Shown piece after piece: positions 35,253 to 43,106 of a DNA stretch of 64,000 bases. Source of the stretch: Candidatus Saccharimonadales bacterium (lineage in GTDB: Bacteria; Patescibacteriota; Saccharimonadia; Saccharimonadales; EFPC-124). How positions within the stretch are numbered: the first letter of the stretch is position 1; every line of letters begins with the position of its first letter. The stretch covers positions 297,972-361,971 of the forward strand of contig JBOHNX010000001.1 in NCBI GenBank assembly GCA_050730875.1, in the 5' to 3' direction. A program made the translations under genes and the position numbers. The notes below the pieces were generated by a model. That model was not told the origin of the DNA. It saw only the letters and a program-made list of their open reading frames with translations, and did not search any database.

Positions 35253-36272
35253 ATGACCGATGAAGCGATAAATCAAGTAGTTAACAAGTACGTAAAAGAC
35301 AACCTGTCTCCTAAGCCCGCCCAGCGAGACTTCATTACCGAAAAATACGAAGAACTTAGGGGTTTTCTGGGAGGTCGCTGCTTTCAGTCAGGCTCTTACG
35401 CCCGCTACACAGCAATCGATCCTGTGCATGACTTGGACGTCATATATCCCGTAAGTGATGCCTCTGTTAAGGATAATCCCTCTCTGTTGCTGCGGAACCT
35501 GCTAGCAAACTTACAGCTGAAGTACAAAAACTCAACAACTAAAATCAAGCGGATATATGCACAGACCCACTCTGTAACCATCGAGTTTGAGGGATCACCT
35601 GAAGAAACTTTCAGCATTGATGTTGTGCCCGCCATCGAACTAGCAGAAAAAAATGATTATGAGCAGCCGCTGTATCAGGTGCCTGAAATTGTCAAACTAA
35701 ACAAGCACAACCGCGAGGAACGGTATAAAAACGCTTCAACTAATCCTATTGGTTGGATCAAATCTGACCCCCGTGGTTATGTACAAGCTGCTTACGAATT
35801 GAACGATTTAAATGCGAATTTTCGACACGCCACCAAATTACTCAAGGGCTGGAGACATGCTTGCAAGATCGCTTACGGGGATAGTTTTCGTCTCAAATCT
35901 TTTCATCTTGAGCAGATAGTTTATGCATACTTCGTCGAAAATCCCGGATGTACCACCGTAGAGGCTGTAATTGATTGCTTGGCCGCCTTGCCGGGCGACA
36001 TAAACGAACCACAGTTTACGGATCGTGCGGATGCTACTCGTTATATTGACGAGTACGTTGCCGGGCTAAGCCGGGATGAACGACAGTTAATCTTGCGCCT
36101 ACAGGCTGAAGCTTTCTCTTGCGTAAGGCAGATACCTGCCTCGACCGACGAGCAAGCAATAATTCACTGCTTAGAGTCACTCATAACCGTCGACAAGCAA
36201 AGCTCTATGACACCTGTATTCGCCGCACCATCACCACGTTCGGTTGCACCCCATCAACCTTGGGCGTGCTGA
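35253..36272 (+). CDS. CD-NTase/SMODS-like nucleotidyltransferase (pol-beta superfamily)
   Basis: GS motif QSGSYARYTAI, DxD in HDLDVIY, third acidic residue in FSIDVVPA, then GWIKSDPRGY...ATKLLKGWRH, typical of cGAS/DncV-like enzymes. Confidence 0.7.
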   Translation: MTDEAINQVVNKYVKDNLSPKPAQRDFITEKYEELRGFLGGRCFQSGSYARYTAIDPVHDLDVIYPVSDASVKDNPSLLLRNLLANLQLKYKNSTTKIKRIYAQTHSVTIEFEGSPEETFSIDVVPAIELAEKNDYEQPLYQVPEIVKLNKHNREERYKNASTNPIGWIKSDPRGYVQAAYELNDLNANFRHATKLLKGWRHACKIAYGDSFRLKSFHLEQIVYAYFVENPGCTTVEAVIDCLAALPGDINEPQFTDRADATRYIDEYVAGLSRDERQLILRLQAEAFSCVRQIPASTDEQAIIHCLESLITVDKQSSMTPVFAAPSPRSVAPHQPWAC

Positions 36273-36283
36273 GCGAGCATGGC

Positions 36284-37012
36284 ATGTGGACTAAGAGCGA
36301 TCTAGCTTGGCTTAGTAAGAACTACCCTGAACTCAAGCAAAAGCAGCCCAATACTATTGAGGGCAGACTGACTTTTCAGATGCTACGAGCCAACGGGCTT
36401 TACGTGGTAAATCCCTCAGCTAAACAAATTCAGGATCTTTCGCCTCCAGACTACCTTTACTTGTGCGACACGTACAAAATCCGGATTGCATGGCCTAAAG
36501 ATGCCCGTTTTCCGACAGCCCACGAAACCGGAGGCAAACTAGCGGCAACAGCGAAACGACTTAATAAAAATCTGCTGGATATGCATCAGTACCAAGAAGA
36601 TGGCAGCCTTTGCTTGGCTGCAACTATGCAGCTAGAGCGTACCTTTCGTAAAAAGTTCAAGCTTGATGCGTTTGTTGAAGAGTTCATGATTCCTTATCTA
36701 TTTGCGCAGACCCACTATGCTAAGACCGAGGAATGGCTGTGGGGTGAACTAGAGCATGGATCTTGGGGTCTTTTACAATGGCTTGGCCGGGAAAAACAGT
36801 ACGATGATGCAGATACTTTTGCGACCTACGCCTATGTTAAAAGTCAGATAGGTGAAGATGCTACCCATAAACTTTTGAAGATTCGACCGCGTGGTCACTA
36901 CGCTTGTCTCTGCGGATCAGGTAAGAAAACACGCGACTGCCATCCCGACGTCCAACAAGGCATAATTAGGCTTCGGGGTGCGGTAAGTCGTCATATTATT
37001 AAGCTCAATTAG
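36284..37012 (+). CDS. E2/UBC-like protein with C-terminal SEC-C zinc motif
   Basis: HQYQEDGSLCLAA resembles the UBC HPN...G.ICL active-site loop. C-terminal CLCGSGKKTRDCH is the SEC-C motif (compare SecA CPCGSGKKYKQCH). An alternative GTG start at 36266 overlaps the upstream stop. Confidence 0.55.
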   Translation: MWTKSDLAWLSKNYPELKQKQPNTIEGRLTFQMLRANGLYVVNPSAKQIQDLSPPDYLYLCDTYKIRIAWPKDARFPTAHETGGKLAATAKRLNKNLLDMHQYQEDGSLCLAATMQLERTFRKKFKLDAFVEEFMIPYLFAQTHYAKTEEWLWGELEHGSWGLLQWLGREKQYDDADTFATYAYVKSQIGEDATHKLLKIRPRGHYACLCGSGKKTRDCHPDVQQGIIRLRGAVSRHIIKLN

Positions 37013-37027
37013 TTTTACAATGGGTGT

Positions 37028-38221
37028 ATGTTCACTCACCTAAAAGACCGGCAATATTACGAAGACCTATATGATAAATTTACTGTGGAGTCAGCTCGTC
37101 GTGGTATGGTTTACTACGATGATTTTTATGCCGACTTTGAAAACAAACTTCCGAAGGGTGAGAAGATTGATAAGCCCGGCAACGCTTTCCTATTGAATGT
37201 CTTCTATATGGAGACTGTAGGAAACGAGCTGCTTCGCCGCTACGAAAAGCGTGGTGAACAAATCAGTGAATGGATTGAGAGAGACGAAGCGAAAAATGAA
37301 CAAATATCATCAGCTCGACTTTCTGAAGAGCCTCGCTGTCAACATTGTGGCAAGCAAGGGCTACGAATTACAGACAAATCACTCATGCATAGGAGTAAAA
37401 GCTACAAAATCGGTGACCCTGAGGAAGTGCTTTTCATGTTGCGATGTCCTCATTGTGACAAGAACTGCGCATTTTGGGAGGACGGTACAGCGTGGAAGGT
37501 TAAACCAACTATATGTCCGAGGTGTAAGTCTGAAGTAACGCACAAGACCACAAAAACCAAGAAGACCATTACGATTACATACACATGCATCTCCTGTAAA
37601 CATAGCTTTAAGGACAAACTGGACTTATCCAGCGAGAAAGAGAAACCTGACCCCGATTTTGACAAAGATCGCATCCACTTCTGTCTCGTAGACGAGGAGT
37701 TTCGCGAACGACTCTTCAAAATGAGGCATGACTTTATAGAGATGGCTCGGCTCGGCAAGGAGTTCAAAGAAAAGAAAGACAACAAGCACATATACGATGC
37801 CGTAAAAGAAATGAAGAAGCCAAAGATTGCCGAATTGTCTGCCATACTTGCTCCAGCACTTGAAAAGGCCGGTTACATTGAGTTTAGTCTTGATAAACCA
37901 GAAATGGGTAAAGATGTATTCATCGGCTTTAACTGCCTTGATTGTAAAAGCGACCGCGGCGACTATGATAGCGAGAAGACTCTGAAGAAAACTGTAGAAA
38001 AAGCCCTGATTAGTACTAACTGGCGGTTAATGAGCGAGGGTATCCATTACCGACTTGGTTACCTGAACGGGCGGTTGCGTGCATATGAGCGTGAAGAAGA
38101 TCTCAAGAATCTTGTAATAAAAGATAAGAGGCTAAAACCCAAAAGCAGTCATGCTACTAAGCCAGACAAGGATAATTCATGGCGGCTTAAAGCCAACGAT
38201 GGAACTGACATCCTCTTATAG
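37028..38221 (+). CDS. Multi-zinc-ribbon protein of unknown function
   Basis: CQHC..(x34)..CPHC and CPRC..(x21)..CISC, plus a later CLDC, within a K/E-rich helical region. Confidence 0.5.
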   Translation: MFTHLKDRQYYEDLYDKFTVESARRGMVYYDDFYADFENKLPKGEKIDKPGNAFLLNVFYMETVGNELLRRYEKRGEQISEWIERDEAKNEQISSARLSEEPRCQHCGKQGLRITDKSLMHRSKSYKIGDPEEVLFMLRCPHCDKNCAFWEDGTAWKVKPTICPRCKSEVTHKTTKTKKTITITYTCISCKHSFKDKLDLSSEKEKPDPDFDKDRIHFCLVDEEFRERLFKMRHDFIEMARLGKEFKEKKDNKHIYDAVKEMKKPKIAELSAILAPALEKAGYIEFSLDKPEMGKDVFIGFNCLDCKSDRGDYDSEKTLKKTVEKALISTNWRLMSEGIHYRLGYLNGRLRAYEREEDLKNLVIKDKRLKPKSSHATKPDKDNSWRLKANDGTDILL

Positions 38222-38408
38222 ACGGGGGTGCTATTTTTCTGGGTTAAGTGAGATGGTACCTAAGCGCATCTAGGGGGTGTGGGGTGTTGCCTCAGAAATA
38301 ATTTTAAGAGCACAGCCACCCCTGTTAGTTTGCTTGCCTTTCTCTGTTCTAAACTGTAGAATAATCAAGTAGCATTGTTCTGACCTTGCAAAGAACAGTG
38401 CACCAATG

Positions 38409-38436
38409 AAAAAGCCCACCTCTAGGTGGGTCTTTT
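38409..38436. terminator. Bidirectional intrinsic terminator
   Basis: AAAAAG-CCCACC-TCTA-GGTGGG-TCTTTTC, with A-run and T-run on both sides. Confidence 0.6.
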
Positions 38437-38545
38437 CATTGATTGAGGGTTCGAACGCCCGAGGGAAGCCTTCGGGGTGCGAACTGCCTGTGGCAGTTCG
38501 CAAGGAAATCTTCCGATATCCTACACCACAGACTAGAGCATTAAG
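38437..38545 (-). ncRNA. Candidate small structured RNA containing a degenerate tRNA T-arm-like segment
   Basis: Minus strand has GGAA-GAT-TTCC, a perfect TGCGAACTGCC-ACA-GGCAGTTCGCA hairpin, CCCGAAGG-CTTC-CCTCGGG and GCGTTCGAACCCTC, ending at the 38409-38436 terminator. Confidence 0.25.
38478..38502. repeat. Perfect palindromic hairpin, copy 1 (core GAACTGCC-NGT-GGCAGTTC)
   Basis: TGCGAACTGCC TGT GGCAGTTCGCA. A near-identical core occurs at 48730-48754. Confidence 0.6.
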
Positions 38546-38656
38546 CACGCCAGAACTTATAGTAAAATATTAAAGATAGCTGCACTATTTCCGACATCAA
38601 TCGTAGAGTTTATTCTTCTAAATTAATAGACTTTAAATAAATGATGGGGGTACACC

Positions 38657-39271
38657 ATGCGCAAGCTTGTAGTCTGTAATATTATGTCGCTTGACGGTTA
38701 TTATGAAGGTCCTGGCAAAAACGTTATGGATCTGTTTGCATATCGTTTTGGAGATTACCCGGATGATGATAGCTTTGACAAATACAACGCTGAGCGCCTG
38801 AGTGCGGCGGACATTATGCTCGTGGGTCACAAATCATACGAGGGCTTTGTAAGCTACTGGCCAACTTTGGCTGATACAGCTGATGCTAATCCGGCTGAGC
38901 GTCAAGTTTCAAAGTATATGAATGCTGTGGAAAAAGTAGTTGTTTCTAGCAGCCTACCCGTTAAAGCATCAAACCCTTGGCGTGATAAAACACGTGTCAT
39001 TAGTCCGGGGGAGTCTCACAACGAAATAGCAAAACTCAAGAAGCAAGATGGCAAAGACATAGTTATTTTTGCTAGCCGTCTTCTTTGGAACGATCTTATA
39101 GCGCATGGCTTGGTTGACGAGCTTCATCTTATGATTAGCCCAGTGATTTTGAACGACGGTACACCGATATTTACTAGCGACCCAAAGGTTTCTCTGAATC
39201 TACTTGAAGCGCGTACATGGGACAAGTCAGGTCTGGCACTAGTCAGGTACAAAGTATTCTCTAAGAGATAA
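38657..39271 (+). CDS. Dihydrofolate-reductase-family protein (RibD C-terminal domain type)
   Basis: MRKLVVCNIMSLDGYYEGP...IVIFASRLLWNDL...LVDELHLMISPVILNDGTP pattern. Confidence 0.7.
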   Translation: MRKLVVCNIMSLDGYYEGPGKNVMDLFAYRFGDYPDDDSFDKYNAERLSAADIMLVGHKSYEGFVSYWPTLADTADANPAERQVSKYMNAVEKVVVSSSLPVKASNPWRDKTRVISPGESHNEIAKLKKQDGKDIVIFASRLLWNDLIAHGLVDELHLMISPVILNDGTPIFTSDPKVSLNLLEARTWDKSGLALVRYKVFSKR

Positions 39272-39316
39272 TGAGTGAATGCGCGTGGGAAGACTGTTAT
39301 TATAAACCTCTCACAA

Positions 39317-39340
39317 CATTTGTTACAGTAAGGTTCTAAC
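39317..39340. repeat. Right copy of the 24-bp direct repeat (candidate attR; core GGTTCTAAC at 39332-39340)
   Basis: See 28032-28055. Confidence 0.5.
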
Positions 39341-39433
39341 GTCGTAGATCAAGCTGCTTGAGCAGATTTTGTACTTTTTGTGCAAGTTCTTCAAAGCTCA
39401 TATCTGGAATTATAGCGTAACTATTCAGATATA

Positions 39434-40093
39434 TTACATCACCACTTTACGTGGCTGACGAACGCGTTTTGGCGCTTGAGCTGGGACGATGATTTTTTGG
39501 ATTTTCTTGCGGATGGTTTCGGCGAGTTCATCTTCGCCGGCGCGTTCGTAAGCGTCTGCAAGGATTTTAAGCGATTGCGGATTAGGCTCTAATTCGACAG
39601 CTTGCTCGAGTGCTGCAACCATTTTTTTGCGGTCGCCAAGCTTCTCTTGTACTTTTGCGTAAGCAATGTAGCGTGCGGCGAGGTCGTTTTCCATCTCGAT
39701 CGCTTGTTCAAATGCAATCGCTGCTTTTTCGTACTGACCTGTTTCGTAGTAAATAAGGCCGACGTTGTGTAAGCTTGAAGCGCTTGGCTCGAGGCTCTGG
39801 GCGATTTCGAAACACTCGATTGCATCGTTAAAAGCGCGTTGCTTGGCGTATAAAATACCTAAACGGTTATAAGCAGCCGAGTTGCGTTCATCGACGCGCA
39901 AAATAGTTAGGAGAGCTTTCTCGGCTCGTAGGTATTTCTTTTCACGTAAACCTTCTTGGGCAATCTGCCACAGTTTATCGAGGCGATCACTAATACGCGA
40001 TGGAAGTTCCTCCTCTTTAATGTCGCTCGTGTCGCGGTAGTAGAGCCATAGGACTAGCACAGCAAACGCAAGCAATAGTAGCAAGGTAATCAT
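39434..40093 (-). CDS. Membrane-anchored TPR-repeat protein
   Basis: N-terminal TM followed by several 34-aa TPR-like repeats (A..YN.LG..Y....F..AI..FE.A..L.P). Confidence 0.7.
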   Translation of the reverse strand: MITLLLLLAFAVLVLWLYYRDTSDIKEEELPSRISDRLDKLWQIAQEGLREKKYLRAEKALLTILRVDERNSAAYNRLGILYAKQRAFNDAIECFEIAQSLEPSASSLHNVGLIYYETGQYEKAAIAFEQAIEMENDLAARYIAYAKVQEKLGDRKKMVAALEQAVELEPNPQSLKILADAYERAGEDELAETIRKKIQKIIVPAQAPKRVRQPRKVVM

Positions 40094-40141
40094 AAGTCAC
40101 AGGTTAGTATAACAGCTCCCAAGCTTATCTCAAAAGCTACC

Positions 40142-40969
40142 TCAGTAGTTAACAAACAGCTCAGTCACCTGCGCCTTGGCATTGCCATTTTGCGCTAGGC
40201 GGCTCAGCGCTACCTCTAGTCCTTCGGCAAGCTTGTGCCAGCGTTTTTGCGTAGCGTTGGCAAGCATTTGTAGCTTTACCATCTGCGCCATTGCCTCCAG
40301 TACGGCAATTAATTTGACGCGGTCTTTACAGAGGTCATTAATGCGCTGGAGGCGGTCGTATGTCGATGCCCCTAGTAGTTGCTTGGCTTCTTGCATGAGC
40401 TGTTGCTGCTCATCCCGAAATGCTTCATCGGCTATAAGTCGAGCCGCGGTTGCTGGGCGGCCACTAGCGATAAAGAGCATTTTGGTGAGATTCTGCCCTG
40501 CAATACCCTCGTTTTGCGCTTGGAGCCAGCCGGTCAGGTCTTTTTCGCTCACTCGTGGGAGATTTACCGTTTGAACACGCGAAGCGATGGTTGGCAACAG
40601 CACCGTAGGTGTTGTGGCGGTCAGTATAAACAAAACGCCGTCCCGTGGCTCTTCCAGAAGTTTTAGGAACGCGTTTTGCGCTTCGATACCCATTGTTTCG
40701 GCATGGTCAATAACAACCACTTGCCGATCTTCAGTGCGGCTTCTGGTTCTTTGATACAGACTCCTTACGACATCTATCCCAATACTTCCCTTTTCGTCAG
40801 GAGTCACGGTGCTAATGTGTGACGCACTTGTCAATAAAGACGCTACAACATGAGCAACGGTGTATTTGCCGATCCCCGTAGGACCGGTGATTAGGAGGGC
40901 ATGTGGCGGGTTTGCCACAAGGGCGCGAAGCTGCACTTTTGTCTGAGGGTTGATGAGTAGTTCGTCCAT
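40142..40969 (-). CDS. holB: DNA polymerase III delta' subunit
   Basis: HALLITGPTGIGK P-loop, VVVIDHAE, AQNAFLKLLEEP and sensor TIASR. Confidence 0.8.
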   Translation of the reverse strand: MDELLINPQTKVQLRALVANPPHALLITGPTGIGKYTVAHVVASLLTSASHISTVTPDEKGSIGIDVVRSLYQRTRSRTEDRQVVVIDHAETMGIEAQNAFLKLLEEPRDGVLFILTATTPTVLLPTIASRVQTVNLPRVSEKDLTGWLQAQNEGIAGQNLTKMLFIASGRPATAARLIADEAFRDEQQQLMQEAKQLLGASTYDRLQRINDLCKDRVKLIAVLEAMAQMVKLQMLANATQKRWHKLAEGLEVALSRLAQNGNAKAQVTELFVNY

Positions 40970-40976
40970 ACTTGCC

Positions 40977-41873
40977 TTATTGTAACGAATTTAAGAACTT
41001 CTGTAGCTCGGGCGGCAGCGGCGCACTAAATGTTTTGCGTTCCCGTGACGGTAAGGTAATTTCTAGCTCGGCAGCGTGCAAAAACATACGCGGCAATCCT
41101 TTTGCCTTGTGACCGTATAAGGCGTCTCCGGCGATTGGGCAGCCTAAATAGTGCATATGCACCCGAATTTGATGTGTTCGCCCTGTAAGGGGCTTAAGCC
41201 GCACGAGACTGTAATCTCTAAAATAGTTTTCGACTTCGTAGGCTGTTTCTGCCGGCTTACCACTGGCACCTACCCGGAATGTCTGCGGTTTTTTAGGGTT
41301 GCGCTCGATTGGGAGCCGTATGATGGCTGCATTTTCGGCTGGCTGGCCTTCTACAAGCGCCAGATAGGTCTTTTTGGCTTTACGAAGACTAAATTGTCGC
41401 TGTAACCAGCGTTTTGCTTCGTTATTTTTGGCAGCGATCAGCACTCCAGAAGTTTCACGATCTAACCTATGCACAATGCCTGGCCGATTGCTTTCGGGGC
41501 CATCAGTAGTTTGCGGGCGCATAAAGTCTGCAACCGTGAATTCTGGATTAAATGCGCCTTTGGCATGCGTGAGGACGCCGGCTGGTTTATTAATAACTAT
41601 TACGTCGTCATCTTCGTATAGTACCGGGAGTGTTTGGGTGCTGAAATCTGGCGACTCAGGCAGCAAAACAGTGATGACATCGCCTTCGGATATAGTTTGG
41701 CTAGGTTTTACGGGAGCATCATGAAGTAAAACGACACCTTGCTGGCAGAGTTTTTGCCAAGAGCTTCGTGAGTACTCTGGGTAGGCGCGCGCCAGAAAAC
41801 TATCAGCGCGCTCCCCCGTTTGGTCGGCTACGAATTTCTGCTGCATGGTTTTATGGTCGTGGGCGTAAGCCAA
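40977..41873 (-). CDS. rluD: RluA/RluD-family pseudouridine synthase
   Basis: S4-like N-terminus, catalytic HRLDRETSGVL, and LTGRTHQIRVH. Confidence 0.85.
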   Translation of the reverse strand: MAYAHDHKTMQQKFVADQTGERADSFLARAYPEYSRSSWQKLCQQGVVLLHDAPVKPSQTISEGDVITVLLPESPDFSTQTLPVLYEDDDVIVINKPAGVLTHAKGAFNPEFTVADFMRPQTTDGPESNRPGIVHRLDRETSGVLIAAKNNEAKRWLQRQFSLRKAKKTYLALVEGQPAENAAIIRLPIERNPKKPQTFRVGASGKPAETAYEVENYFRDYSLVRLKPLTGRTHQIRVHMHYLGCPIAGDALYGHKAKGLPRMFLHAAELEITLPSRERKTFSAPLPPELQKFLNSLQ

Positions 41874-43077
41874 CTGCCTGCTGCGTTTTCAAAAGCTGCG
41901 GTGCGGACAGCTCGCGTGCCTTGGCTTCGTCGGCTTCGAGCTTAGTAACAAGCTTTACTTCGTCCACTTTATCTAATTTGTTTTGATAGTCGGTCAAAAA
42001 GTCGCCAACAGCCTTTGCGGCAGCTTGCTTTAACTCACCGTAGCGTGTTTTACCTTGCCATTCGGTAATAACTGCGTGGATGTCGCGTTTTTGTAACATA
42101 GCGAGTATTTGCAAGAGGTTGGTAACGCCCGGCTGTTTGGCCCAATCGAAACGAATAACGCCTTCACTATCGGTCGTTGCGGCCATGATCTTCTTTGCGG
42201 CTTTTTCTGGCTTGTCGAGCAATAAGATGTAGCCAGCCGGGTCGGCGTCGGACTTGCTCATTTTTTTGGCAGGATTCCGCAGGCTGCGGATGCGCAAACC
42301 ACGGTCGAGGCCCGAGAATTTAAGCTGCTGCTTCCAGTTGACTGGCACAACCGGGAAAACACCTTCGCTAACTACATCTTTAAACTTTTCGTTCACGCGC
42401 AGCGCAATATCGCGGGTAATTTCGACGTGCTGTCGCTGGTCTTCGCCGACGGGCACATATTTGGCGCCGTACAGCAGAATATCAGCCGCCATGAGCACTG
42501 GGTATGTAAACAAGCCAACTGAAACATTAGTTGGTTGTATTTTATGGAGCTCCCCGGCGATTTCTTTCGCAACGTCTTTGCGATCAAAAATAAACAAGTT
42601 ACGAATATCGGCCACCGGGTGGTCAAAGAAGCTACCAAGCTTCTTAACGCGCGAAATGAGATTGTAGCGCTCTAGGACGCGTTTCACGGCTTTAATTTCG
42701 TCGTCTTCGATACCAGATTTATCTTTAAACTGCGTCATCCGGCGCATTTCGCCAAAATAGGTAAAGCAGCTTAAAATCCAGGCCATTTCTGAATGTGCGG
42801 GAACGTGGCTTTGCCGGTAGACAAGCGTTTGCTTGCTTTTAAGGTCAATTGCACCTGCAGCTACAAAGAATTTTATGTTTCGGATTGTGTTTGCGTAGAG
42901 ATCATCGTGATTAATAGGAGTAGTAAACGAATGCAAATCTGGCACAAACATAAAGATGTCGTGCGTGTCCTTGTGTTTGTGCAGCAATTCCGCCATTGGC
43001 TGGATTGCGCCCAGGTAATTGCCAAGGGTTAAAACATCGTTGGCACGTAGGCCGGTTAATACTCTATTTCGTTGCAT
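41851..43077 (-). CDS. trpS: Tryptophan--tRNA ligase (with insertion)
   Basis: TLGNYLGA (HIGH-region equivalent), KMSKS present (AKKMSKSD), class Ic architecture. Confidence 0.8.
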   Translation of the reverse strand: MQRNRVLTGLRANDVLTLGNYLGAIQPMAELLHKHKDTHDIFMFVPDLHSFTTPINHDDLYANTIRNIKFFVAAGAIDLKSKQTLVYRQSHVPAHSEMAWILSCFTYFGEMRRMTQFKDKSGIEDDEIKAVKRVLERYNLISRVKKLGSFFDHPVADIRNLFIFDRKDVAKEIAGELHKIQPTNVSVGLFTYPVLMAADILLYGAKYVPVGEDQRQHVEITRDIALRVNEKFKDVVSEGVFPVVPVNWKQQLKFSGLDRGLRIRSLRNPAKKMSKSDADPAGYILLLDKPEKAAKKIMAATTDSEGVIRFDWAKQPGVTNLLQILAMLQKRDIHAVITEWQGKTRYGELKQAAAKAVGDFLTDYQNKLDKVDEVKLVTKLEADEAKARELSAPQLLKTQQAVGLRPRP

Positions 43078-43106
43078 GGTGGTTATTATATAGAGTTGCC
43101 GTGGTT

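Larger units (their letters stand above)
28047..39340. mobile_element. ~11.3-kb integrative element next to tRNA-Tyr (serine-recombinase type) carrying a LexA-like repressor and a CD-NTase operon
   Basis: Large serine recombinase abuts the tRNA-Tyr terminator. GC is visibly lower than the flanks. Most ORFs are hypothetical. Flanked by direct repeats with the GGTTCTAAC core. Host-like genes resume at 39434. Confidence 0.6.

Noticed and set aside
36119-36283. Upstream extension of the E2-like ORF (track start at 36119)
   Set aside because: It would overlap the NTase gene by 154 nt in another frame and encodes Arg/Thr-rich junk. A start at ATG 36284 or GTG 36266 fits the operon spacing.
38445-38465. 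Possible functional tRNA on the minus strand (T-arm-like GGGCGTTCGAACCC)
   Set aside because: No acceptor stem, D arm or 7-nt anticodon loop could be folded, and the T stem has a mismatch and a 6-nt loop. I treated it as a tRNA-like relic inside a candidate sRNA.
38270-38548. 92-aa minus-strand ORF in the island's right-hand non-coding region
   Set aside because: It spans a strong bidirectional terminator and perfect hairpins. It has no RBS. The region is better explained as RNA structure.
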